Shown one piece after another: positions 23,759-35,833 of a stretch of 64,000 nucleotides of DNA. Within the stretch, counting starts at the first letter, position 1. Every line of letters starts with the position of its first letter. The notes beneath the pieces are model-generated. The model had not been told where the DNA came from. It was given only the letters and a program-made list of their open reading frames with translations, and ran no database searches. The stretch is from positions 1,795,826-1,859,825 of the forward strand of contig BDGG01000002.1 in NCBI GenBank assembly GCA_001949185.1. Direction: 5' to 3'. Made by a program: the position numbers and the translations under genes. The stretch is from Ramazzottius varieornatus (Eukaryota > Animalia > Tardigrada).

Positions 23759-26361
23759 ATGGCGGAAGTGCCGGTTTACCAAGGGGACGTGTCCAACTCC
23801 ACGACGCAGGGAGCAGCCGTCCTCCAAGCTATGGCGTATTTGGATGAGGTGAAGTACACCATCCTCTTGGCCTTACTGGGCTCGGCCCTCCATTTCTACA
23901 TGAAGCGTCCGAAAGGCGCACCACCTGGACCCAACGGTAAGCGTTCAGACGGCTACATCGGCTAGATGGAATGGATTGATCTAACTTCTCTTGATAATTC
24001 CAAGCCCATACAATGGACCACCAGCAATAGTGAGGAAGAGTATTCGGAAACCAAAGTCTGGGCGCTTTATGGAGTAGGATGAACTTATCAGTGGACTAAC
24101 TCTTGGCCGCTGCCTTTTGTGTAGGTTTGCCGGTGCTGGGGTACGCGCCGTACTTGGGCCCTAGGCCGCATGAGAAGCTGGTGGAAGTGGGCAAAACTTA
24201 CGGCAATATTTTTAGCATTTATATCGGACAGAAGTTAACCGTCATCTTGAACGATTACGAAGCCATCACAAAAGCCTACATCGACAACGCCGATGCCGTG
24301 GCAAATCGTGATCCCGGCTTTGCTCACAAAGTCCTCAATGGCTCAGAACACGACACCAGAGTTCGCGGTAGGCCAAAAAATGTATTCAGTAAATTCAGAC
24401 GAGAAAAATAGTCTTAATCATCGAGTGGATATTCTGAACGGAAAACTGCAGTAATTGAAAAACAGTTGATAAAAAGACAGCAAGTCAACAGGCGGGCAAA
24501 CGAAACGCACGGGATCTTTACCTTAGGTGGCGCACGTCTTCGCTCTTCTTGGCTCGACAATTGCGCCACTGAATTAATTATCCTTCATGTTTCGTTTTTC
24601 GGGCCGGCTAAATAATGCAACAAGAGACATTATTTTTCTTTGGAAGGTTTGACAATGACAAATGGCGAGCAATGGCGCACCATGCGGCGTTTCGCTCTGA
24701 CGACCCTTCGCAACTTGGGAATGGGTAAGTCCCGCCTACAAGAACGTATCCTGGAAGAGGTCGACCACTTGACAGACACGCTGAGGAAGAAGGACGGGCA
24801 GGTTGTCGAGGCGGATGAACTGATGATTGAAAGCATCGCCAACGTCATGTTCGCCGTCACCTTGGGCAAGCGTTTCGATCACGCCGACCCCAACTTCAAA
24901 GTCATCATCGACTTCCTGGTTATCGCGCTACCCACACTGAGCAACGTTGGCCCCATTCAGCTGTTCCCCTGGCTAAGGAAGTTTGGCAAGTTTAAGCGGT
25001 TTTGGGACACTTTCCTGAGGGACATGGGCAGCTGGAAGAGGGTCTTCCGTGATGAACTGGCCGCTCATGCGGAGGTGCAAGAGACGGATGAGCCGTACGA
25101 CTACGTCAGTGCCTTCAGACAACAGCAGCTACGAGAAGCAAAGCTGGGCCAAAACATGTCGTACTTTGACGGTATGCAACCAAAAGAATCCTTTCATACT
25201 AAAATGAGACGCCGGCAAATGAAGTCAGCCCATATCGTCTTCCAAGGTGGCGCACGCGCTCAGCCAATAACAGTGAGAACATGCGCTACTTCATAATGCT
25301 TCCATTGAGAGACAAAGATGATTGCCAAGTCAAAGCCGATTCGATCTTCTCCTCTGATGCGGGAAGGAACGTTTATCAGTGTATGGTTGCTTGTTTCAGA
25401 GGACGAACTGTTGGTCGATCTGTCCAATCTGTTCGGCGCAGGCGCGGAAACCACTGCCACGACCATCACCTGGGCGTTCTACTTTATGGTCCTCAATCCC
25501 GATATACAACGAAAGACTCAGGCCATCCTCGATGCTAAAGTGGAAAGGAATCGCAACGTCACCATGGATGACAGAGGTGCGCATATTATTAGTACGACGG
25601 AAGTTCTGCTATATCTGTCTAGTTTTACCTTGATGTCAAGCTCGAATTTGACTGACTTGCAGTATTCTGTGTGGCACAATGGCGTGCGGTATCGTGGGCA
25701 CAGCAGTCAACCAAATCAGCTAATCAGCAGGCAATCGCTTCCGTCTTTGTATTTTTACCCGCCACGGTTGTTTTCTTACTGCCACTTAACGTAAATAAAG
25801 ACAGAATCGAACCTACGACATGACCAAGCCAATAAAACTTTTCTGTTTCTTTCAGCGGAATTGCCGTATGTGGAAGCAATGTACCAAGAAGTACAGCGCT
25901 TAGGCAATGTCGTCCCGCTCAACATTGCCCGCAGTGCAGCGGAGGATCTGACTGTTTTGGGCTATCGCATTCCCAAAGGCACCTTCATCATATCCAATTT
26001 GTGGAACATCCATCGGGACCCACGTTACTGGGATACACCTGAACAGTTCATCCCCGAACGCTTCCTGGACGACGAAGGCCATCTACGGACACCTCCTTAC
26101 TTCATGCCCTTCAGCATCGGTGAGTTCGGACTACGCTGTCCTAACTCACTTGACGAAATCTGTTCTTCTATTACAGGTAAACGTCATTGTCCCGGAGAGT
26201 CGCTTGCTCGGATGGAAGTCTTTCTCTTTGTCACCAACGTCCTGCAAAAGTTCACTCTGAGAGTCCCGGAAGGTTTCGATCTGCGTCCGCCGGAAGAATA
26301 CGTCAATGGCTTGACCGCTCGTCCACCCCCTTTCAGAATCGTCTTTGAACCAAGAGCATAA
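23759..26361 (+). CDS. Cytochrome P450, CYP2 clan, multi-exon
   Basis: TM anchor, PPGP hinge, WRTMRR, AGAETT, EVQR, PERF, FSIGKRHCPGE heme motif. Confidence 0.93.
24490..24575. repeat. Intronic palindromic repeat, one unit, in P450 intron 2
   Basis: GTGGCGCAC 24527-24535, 25 nt, TTGCGCCAC 24561-24569. Confidence 0.8.
25210..25340. repeat. Intronic palindromic repeat, one unit, in P450 intron 3
   Basis: GTGGCGCAC 25247-25255, 25 nt, ATGCGCTAC 25281-25289. Confidence 0.75.
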
Positions 26362-28406
26362 CTACCCAGGTCCAGTCGACTGTTTGAAATGTTATTGGCG
26401 GTATATCAGTGATAGACCATCGCACAGTTTCGCTGCAGTCGTATGGTCGTGTTCTTTATGGAAACATGCATAACCTGCCACTGTGAGACATAACTTGCCG
26501 GTAAAGCCAAAATCAACTACAAGGAGGCCTTAGCACATTCCGCAAAGCTGAGACCGAAGAACTCACTGGTCTTCTGCTCGTAAGATATTTTTCACCGAAC
26601 AAATAAGCATCTTCCGATATACTATAGATCGTTAATTCTCCCGATGATTGGCCGGGAACACGGTACAGCGTTGATCGATCCTGCAGGAAACGATTAGCGG
26701 GCGGGGTGGTGGATCATGTATTCGGCGGGTTTGAGAAACTAAATGTCAGTGTATCCGGTGAGTGGGTTTAATACTCGAAATTGTTCTGACGGTAAGAAGT
26801 GGCACGTCTTACCCGTTGAAAATGGAGGTGTAGGTACTGTTCAGTCCCGTAGGATGCTCAAAATATCTTCGTTCATCAGTTTGATCTCGTTCTTGAACGA
26901 TACGGCGGAGAAGTTTCTTCCTTCAAGGATGACACTTTCACACAAAATCTTGGCAAACACTGATTCGACCAGACTAACGATGAAACTGACAGCCCAAGAG
27001 TAGTATGATCGAGCATCGTTCGACGTTGCCACCGTATTGTCTAGCTGGCGTTCGTAACGTATTAAATCTCTGAAGTTTCCAGTGGGAGATGTCGACGCGT
27101 TGATGCATGCAACTTCCGCAACGTTCAGATAGGTTCGAAAGCGCGCTGAATAGACCGTTACACTGGTCGTTCCCTAGAGGGTGCGATACTCAGCCTTGAG
27201 AGAGGAGTTTTTGAGCGGAACACTCGAAACACTCGAAAAAGTCCTTTTTCGAGTGCGAACGAATGTTTAAACCTAATGTTCGGAAGTTGAAGTGGCAGAT
27301 TCCACAAAGTTTGGTGATAATACAGTAATATCGAGGTTGTCACAACAGCTCCCCGCAGTTTTCTGTCGTCAGTTGGGTGTCGTTGGAAACCATTGCGCGC
27401 CAAAGATCTGAGGGTAGAGCTTTGAGTGAGGACAAGCATCCAGCGCCGATGTCAGCAACGCGAAACCGGGTCCCAAAGCTTCGTATGCTGCAAAAATATC
27501 TGACAACAAGGGACCCAGATACTGCAAGGTTGAAATATTTTTAGGTTCTTCACCAAGTGTTTCGGACTCGAAACCGAGCTCCATAACAGCGCATCCTGGA
27601 CGTGACCGATTTTTGCTGGACCCAGTTCAGCAGCGTACCACGGTGTTAAACTGGTCAAAAAAATGGTTATCGAGGAAACCTCCATGGACAGCATGATCAA
27701 TATCGCAAATTATAAAGGGACGAGTGAGGCTCGATGTAAAGGCATAGCAAACATAGTATTTCGCGGTAGGACGTGCTGGAAACACTCAATCAGGAAACGC
27801 CACCTGTCGACATGGCTGGATGGGTATGCTAGTTCTGTGGATGGCTTCGGTGGTTCGAGACTGTGAATCGATTGGACCAAAGTTTACCTTGTACTGTTAT
27901 GTAGAGTCCGCTTGCTCGAAATCCGAAAAAATCGACTTCAGTTTTACGGTCTGTCAAATATTCACGAGTATACTATGTCGTACATATATGTACCACATAT
28001 TTCAGAATTATATAACGCATACAGTACACAATGCTGTAGCTCGGCTAATCAAGTAATCAAGTCGCAGTTGTTCAGCTGTGTGGGCATTACGAGCAGTATG
28101 GATGACTTCGAATGATTTTCGCGTTTCAAATTCGGGGTATCTTGAACGAATTTCGAGCGAGCGGACTATGTCTGCTATTTACCACGTATGATCCCAGACG
28201 ATCAACGAGGGAACCCTCATTTCTGCCGGTTGAGCATCGAAAAACCGCTAGGGCCGTGTTAAAAGGTGGGTTCAGTAACAAACGAAAATATTGGCCGATG
28301 CTTGGGAACAAGCGAAATACTTGAAGCGCTTACCTGCGTCGTGGTCAGTACGGTGTCAATTGGTACAAAATGCATCAGCTGATCATGCTGACATTAGTAG
28401 CACGTC

Positions 28407-30239
28407 ATGAATGTGCAGCTCCAAACTTCACATGTTGCGATCTCGTTTAGCGTACTTGTGTTCCTACTTTCGTCCACAACTTTAGCCAAGAGGGATTATT
28501 GTGGCTCTAAAATAATCGAAGCTCGCCTTAACAGTGAGTCACAATCCTGGTTCGTCAACGAGCTATCGCATAACGGTCACCTACTCGTACTGAACCCAAC
28601 ACAAAACCCCGCGCATCTGCACCATAAACGCTCCTCTATTATTGCCGAAGTATCTTCCAAAAAATGGCCAACGACGCGGAAGCTGCTGATACACCGTAAA
28701 GTCGAGTTTGATATCATTGTCGATGATTACCAGAAGTACGTTGAGGCAAGTCAAGTCAGTTCCGAACGATCATCGCAGTTCGATGTGGATTACTATCAGG
28801 AGACGGAGACTGAAACCGGCTACTCTGACGAACAGAACACATTTGACGGAAAGTCTACGCCGGCTTTTGATTTCAACAGATATAACAAACTTTCGGATAT
28901 CGATGTATTCCTCGACGCATTGCAAAATACTCCTTCAAAGCACGTACAAGTTAAGGAGTACGGGAGAAGTACCGAAGGCCGGCGTCTGAGAGCGGTCCAT
29001 GTAGGTAAATATCGACCTGGTCTCTGACACTCGTTTGGTTCAGCGAATGCCCATCCCTTGTCTTTTTTCGGAAGTTCAGACTAACAAAAGTTTTTGAAAA
29101 GACAAAACTCTAAAATGTAAACAGTGGTGAAAGTGTGCATCGGTGTACCACGCTTAGGTAGCTACTACTGGGCACGATCAGCACGGCAAGCATGTCCGCC
29201 CGAAGCCTGTTGTTATAGTCGACGCCACCATCCATGCCCGGGAATGGATAACCACTTCGTCGATTCTGTGTCTTCTTCAGCATCTGATCGAGAAATACGA
29301 GAGCGATACATTTTTCTCCCAGATTCACTGGATCATCTTACCTGTCTTGAACCCTGATGGTTACGAGCACAGCTGGCGTGTTGATCGTCTTTGGAGGAAG
29401 ACCCGCTCAAACTCGACTTTCGCTTCCCGCTCCGTACGGGGGAAAGATGTGTCAATGGAATGTGCGGGGGTTGACCCGAACCGCAACTGGGGCTTTCATT
29501 GGGGAGGTACTGCACAATCAACATGAATGATTCTCTCAAACAGTAGTTTTTCTCAGAAATATTGATAGGATAAATTTTGATGAGATCTTTCAAGAGTATG
29601 CTTAAATTTGCAGAAAGAGGAGTGCAACGCTACAACACATGTAGTGAAGTCTACGCCGGACCATACCCCTTTTCCGAGCCGGAGGTAGCTGCACTATCGG
29701 ATCTTGTGGAATACTACCGCCAGCGAACAATCCTCTACGTTAGCCTACACGCATTCAGCCAAGTTATACTGTCTCCGTATGGGTACACTCGCGGACGACC
29801 CCGTGATTACGCACAACACGTAAGGTCCGCGGCTGTTTCAGATGTTTACCGGCGTTCTCATCTACCATCGGTTTTTGCAGTTGACAATCATGAAAGCTGG
29901 TGCCGAGGCCATAAAGGAAGCAACTGGTTATGTCTACAAGTTCGGTCCCATTTACGAAGCTATGTGTCAGCGACCCTAGTTGTATTCATTCCCAACAGCA
30001 ATTTTATACGTCTAAATCTGGATACTTTTACAGACGCGGCTAGTGGAAGTGCTATCGACTATTTGTACGGGTCTTTGAAGATTAAACAGGCATTCGTCAT
30101 CGAACTGCGAGACACGGGTCGCTTTGGCTTTGTATTGCCAGAGGATGAGATTGCGCCGACTTGCAAGGAAACTATCGCTGCTGTATTGGCCATGTCCAAG
30201 GCAGCCCAAGTCTTTACTAAATCGAAGAGGGACTTCTGA
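28407..30239 (+). CDS. Secreted M14A zinc carboxypeptidase (CPA-like), multi-exon
   Basis: Signal peptide and prodomain; IHAREW, NPDGY, RLWRKTRS, GVDPNRNW, SLHAFSQ, SGSAIDY (Ile at the specificity position), IELRDTG. Confidence 0.92.
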
Positions 30240-32892
30240 CCAGACAACGTGTGGGTCGTAATCCCATTTTCTTGAATTTTTACTGCCATTGTAAATATTA
30301 TTTGCAAATTCGCCTTCCTAGCTGCTGGACATAAAACATTTGTCAGCTAAAATGAGTCTTTTCTGCTACCCATGAACTTTCTTTTGAGTTTGCAGTCTAC
30401 TGTAACAGTTCAGCGCAGTGACCACACACGTCTTGCATTAGGCACCAAGACACTCGCACACTCTAAATACAAAATGACAGGCTGTTTACGCAGACTTACT
30501 GTATTCCTTCGATAGTTCTGCGAATTACGCCATCATGCCAGTAAATTACACCCGCAATGGTATCGCTGATTGTTTGATTGTCGCCCATCATCACACTTCG
30601 ACTGGGGAGCAGTTTTTGATTGAAGGTATAGGTACTTTCTGTTCCCCGCCTGATGATATTTACCACGACAGTCACGTGATTCGCAGAACTTTCGAGGGAA
30701 TACAGTACATGTTGTTGAATTCGAATATTCCCAAGTTCTTTCCTCTTGTCGCGTACCAGAATAAAAAAGTATTTCGACAATCTATCACCCTGTGCACATA
30801 TAGCCCTAAACAGGCATGGACAAGCTCCAGGGTGGCCTCGTCGGTCGTCACTGGTACTATCGACCACCCTGTAGGTTCACCATGCATGTACCCTAGACAA
30901 ACCCATGGAACAATATGCTGAACTTTTGATGCTTGAGATTTCCGACGCTGGATGGATACGGGGTTAATTGTGAGCACGGTGTAGTGCCAATCCTTTTACC
31001 ATCCGATATTACGCGCGAACCAGATAGGCCAAAACCGATGCCGTCGTACACGGCTCAGACACAAACGCATAGCATACGACCGTACGGTGGTACACACTAC
31101 TATTGTACCATACCCGCGTGCCCCCACTTGCGCAACACACTAATGGATAATTAATTTTCCGAAATCCTGATTTCGTCAGACGAGCCCTCTCCCTCTTGAT
31201 CTTTGTTTTCTTCCAACTTCCAGACATAGTTCGTCCGTGTTGTATGTAGGGTCTGGAGGGTACTGGGACGTTACGGTTCACAAGATCCAGTCCCGCAACA
31301 AGAAGTGTGTGGACAACCGCAAGCGCTCCATCATCCGCAACGTGAAAGGCCCGTGAAAGGCCCAGCAACGTGAAAATGTAGTCGTCCTGTGCGCACGCAG
31401 GTGCGTGTCTTTATGTGCGTGTCTTTATGTGCGTGTTTGCGCTGAGCCTGGCACCGCCTCCCACAACCGGATGTGGGTGCGCTGCGTGGGTGAGCTGCGT
31501 GGCAGCTGACCAAATCATCCATTTTTGGCCGTATTGTGGCTAGTGGATAGCGCAGAGTACGTGTTTCGATATCACGGCCGGCCCATAACCGAAAGGTTGA
31601 TGAATCCGATTGAGGCCACGCCGCCGGCCCTGCTCCCTGCATCCTTGCATGAACCTTGGGAATTAATTCGCATTGGGTACCGATTATCCTAAGATTGATT
31701 GGCGAACTTCCGAAAACCAACACGCAGCCAAAATGAAGTCTCCGAAAACAAGTCAACGAAATGCATCACGTCGGAAGCGATGGTCCTCGAGTTACCAGAT
31801 GCCGATCAAACTCTTTTCCAGAAGACCCACCAGGCTCTACTGCGCCTCTAATCACCTCAACCATTTCCTCCGCGTGCTCCAACAATTATCGGCAATCATC
31901 TGCACAATTATCCGAATGCTCAATCTTTTCCATTACCTGATCGGTAAACACAAGTCGGTTGTTAAAAATCCCACTTGATTATCGAGGAATCCTTCTTGTC
32001 GACCAGCAGTTCCGCATTGATCAGTCCGTCAGTGCACTGCGGCCACACCACAAACGGCCTGCCGCTTATCAGTCTTTCCAACGAACTGTTCCTTTAAGCT
32101 ACCCACTTCAACACTAGATTTTTTTCTCGGGGTTACCGACTTGTGCATTCAGCAGCTCAGTTGGTACGACCTGAGGCCAAGAACGTATTAGAGGGAGGGG
32201 GTAGCTACGCGATTGCTGAGGTTTTGGGATTTCAAAATTGCGCATCTGCAATTTTTCGGGAGCAGTCAGGGAAAAACTTCGGATCTGCAGTTTCATCATC
32301 CGAAGTTTGCTGGAGAATGCGGAGGTTACCTTTCAGAAACCTAGTCTTTGTTGTTTTTTTCACGGAGATTTTTCGAAGTTTTCGGTCAAAACTCAGTATT
32401 TCTGCTCAAATATTAGTACGAGGTAGAGGGCATGAGTTTTGCGTATTTATTTTTGGGTCATGAGTTCTGTAATTCATTCAAAAATAACCAGTGGCAGATC
32501 AGACGTTGTTTCTGGATAGAATGGTACAATCATTCATGGTCTCCCTCGCTATTACGGTATCAAGCGTTTGGGAGCAGGCAGTTCAGATGTAAGATGCTCG
32601 ACCGGAAGGAGGGTTGCTCCCATGTTAGAGAGCCTACGAATTCAAAAGTATCAAGGCCGCCAGAGGCGCTCAAGTAGCAGTTTTCGATGAAGCAATGACG
32701 TCTACGTCAGCCGCGGATACACGTCACGAAGCTGGTTTTTGAGTGTGAACGAAGCCATAAGTTGTATAGCGCTGGTATGCGGCTTACATGACGTACTTCC
32801 GGCGCATAGTCAGTAGACAGCAGCCAGCTAGTACCGCGAGGCCAAATTTCATAAAGGATCATCTTCTGAATTCTTACTCCAGGCCCTTAGAC

Positions 32893-34861
32893 ATGGCTTC
32901 CTTCAAACTCCTCACAGCCTCTCAGGTTAGTAAGCAGTTGAGCATGGACGATGCTGTTCGTGCAGTGAAGGAAGGAGGGATAATAATGTACGCCGCAGCA
33001 AAGCAGCACGGAATCTGTCGCGAAACCTTGCGGCACAGAATACTCGGTCGACACTCAGTCATCTGGTGGGCAGCTAAAGTTTCCTCCGTGGCAAGAACGC
33101 AGTCTTGCAAACTTTCTGATCTCATGCAGCGACGAAGCAATTCCTCTTCATCGAAATCACTGCATTGGGTCGTTCTCGCACGTGGCGATGGAGCTCGGTG
33201 AGTTTTCATAGTGGCATTCACATTAAGATCCCGGGATCGCATGCATAATTTATTCTGATGTTGATCTGGACTTGCTCCACAGGTTTAACCAACACCAAGT
33301 TTGACGACAAATATCTTCGTCGTTTCCTGAAAAGACATGCTGAACTGTCGATACGTGTCACACACGCATCTAACCGGAAGAAAGCTCGTGAATGGACGAC
33401 GGAACGGTGCGAGGAGTACATCGCCAAGTTGCAGAAGCTGCACGACGAAGGGTATTTCGAACGTGCAGAACAAGTCTGGAATCTCGACGAGACGGCTTTC
33501 GACACAGCGGAGATGTACGACAGAGTAATAGCCAGGAAAGTAGCACGACAGATTCCGTCACCGTATGATGGAACTGAGAAGGAATGTGTGACCATTCTGC
33601 CTTCTGGGAACGCTGCTGGAATCCAGTTAAAGTTTATGGCGCTTTACGCTGGAAAGGTTCACGTCCGTTCGCGGCTGGATGATACTGAAGGTATGTGTTA
33701 TCATGCCGTCAACTCTTCCGGCTACATGGACGAGATTCATTTTGCCAACTACATGAAGCAGGTCGTCCTCCCCGCACTAACGGAAGACAAGGTGATATTA
33801 CAAGTTTGCCCATGACGTCACGCAGATTTGGTCGTGGATGGCCAGAGCAGCTATGCATTTTGAAGATGACGTCATCCGTTCATAAGCCTGAAAACTCTTC
33901 TTAACTTATAATTTGTTTCATGTTGCAGAACATCATTTTTGTCGATGGACATTTTTCTCACATCAACAACGTTACTCTTTCGTATTACTGCAAAGAGCTC
34001 ACCCAGGATACCGGAAAGAAAGTTGCGATCTTCTGCCTACCAGCTGGTCAGACCAGTCATCTGCAACATTGGGATGCTTCTGCCTTCGGCGGGGTGAAGA
34101 AGAAATACAAAATGTACTTCCGTGATCGTCGACTAACACCCAACGGAATGGTAGGCTCCGGAGCCTAGATTATCTCCATGTTTTTACAAATCTTTTCGTT
34201 TTAGGTTACGAAAGATAATTTGTTATCTCACGTTGTGAAGCTGTGGTATCGACTAGAAGGCTGCCCGGAGAAATATGCCTTTAACATCGGGGACTGCCTG
34301 AAATCTGGATTTCAGAAGTGCGGCCTGTACCCCTTCTCACCTAATGTGATACGAAGCACAGTGAAGTCGTATAATGATCCAACCGTGTCGAATAGCGGAA
34401 AGAGCACTCAAGAGATATCACAAGACTTCACGGCGCTGTTCGAAGTTCTTCGTAGCCAACACCACATCTCATCCGAGAGCGATCTTCAAGACTTCAAAGA
34501 GTTCACTCTCTTGAAACAGAGAGGTATCACTCCCGAAGTCGTATTGGCCAGCGCTCTGCAGAAAACTCTCATGGGCGCAGCTCCAACCAAGCAGCGTCGT
34601 GCCAAGGACGAACACCTCAGTACGGAATCCGGGGCGCTGGTTAACGAAGCGACTTGGGAAGAACATCGGGACAAAGCTAAGGCAGATAAAGCAAAAGTTA
34701 CCGCAAAGAAGACTGCGAAACGAAAGGCTCCGGAGCCGGGAGATATCTCAGTAGATCCAAGAAAGAAACGACGGAAGGCAGCGGTGAGGAAGACTGCAGC
34801 AAACAGTGCTCCACAGAAAGGGCCGTCACCGTCGAAGAAAGCTGCTGCACGGAAACGTTGA
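32893..34861 (+). pseudogene. pogo-like (HTH_psq, CENP-B HTH, DDE_1) transposase with introns, probably defective
   Basis: MDDAVRAVKEG..AAAKQHGICRETL, RKKAREWT, VWNLDETAF, IFVDGHFSH, TSHLQHWD, SGFQKCGLYP and a basic tail. TIRs not identified. Confidence 0.78.
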
Positions 34862-34932
34862 GACGCCACCGTAATCCTTCCTAATACCTGTCCTGACTTC
34901 CAATGTCCGATCAGCAACGGTCGTGCAACGAG

Positions 34933-35833
34933 ACGTGACCATCGTGCCAAGGAAAGAGAAAGGCAACCCAGCACTGATAAGCTCGACTACATCACGGCGT
35001 ACAATCAGGGAGCCACTGCCAAGAACTCCACAACGTTCGACGGTGAGTCCTTCGCTGTGGCTGCATTGTCGTGTAATGGACCAGCGTCAGTAACGCTATA
35101 TCATCTTTCAGATGAGCAACTTATCTTCTCGGTGGTCAACTTGCTTGTTGGAGGCTCAGAGAGCACCACCTCAACCATTCTGTGGTGCTTGGTGCATTTG
35201 GTGAGACACCCTGAAATCCAACAGAAAATCCACGCAGAGATCGCAACGGTGACGAATGGAGAAGTCAGGCTCATCACGCTTGCTGACAGAAGTGCGTTCG
35301 TTCGTTCGGACTTTAATCCTCTTTATGCACGTGATGTGTTTTTTTCTCGACGTGAGGCAAATGATAAATTTGAATTCCAGGCAACTTACTTTATACCGAT
35401 GCAGCTCTCCACGACATTCAAAGACTGTCCATCCTCGCTCCGTTAAGTCTGCCTCACCGTACTTTTGGGCACATGCAGATTGACGGGTATGACATTCCAG
35501 CGGGCACCTGCCTGTACCAGAATCGCTATGCAATGAGCAGGGATACAAAGTACTGGGCAAGGCCAAATGACTTCCATCCCGAGCACTTTCTGGGTCCCAG
35601 CGGCGAACTGGTGATGTCTGCTGCCTACAGCGTTGTTCAGCGTTGGTAAAAGAACCTGCATCGGAGAGTCACTGGCAAACATGGAGACTTTTCTCTTTTT
35701 CGCTAATCTCGTTCAGGCTTTCGAAATCACCGGCGACAAGAATGAAGCACAGAAAATGATGGCTGATATGACGCTGGCACTCATCAACAGTCCGCCTCCG
35801 TTCAACGTGCAGTTTCTGCCTCGTCAGAAGTAG
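34933..35833 (+). pseudogene. 5'-truncated CYP2-clan P450 pseudogene
   Basis: DYITAY, GGSESTT, DIQR replacing ExxR, PEHF, and FSVGKRTCIGE reached only through a frameshift near 35630. The N-terminal half is missing. Confidence 0.82.
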
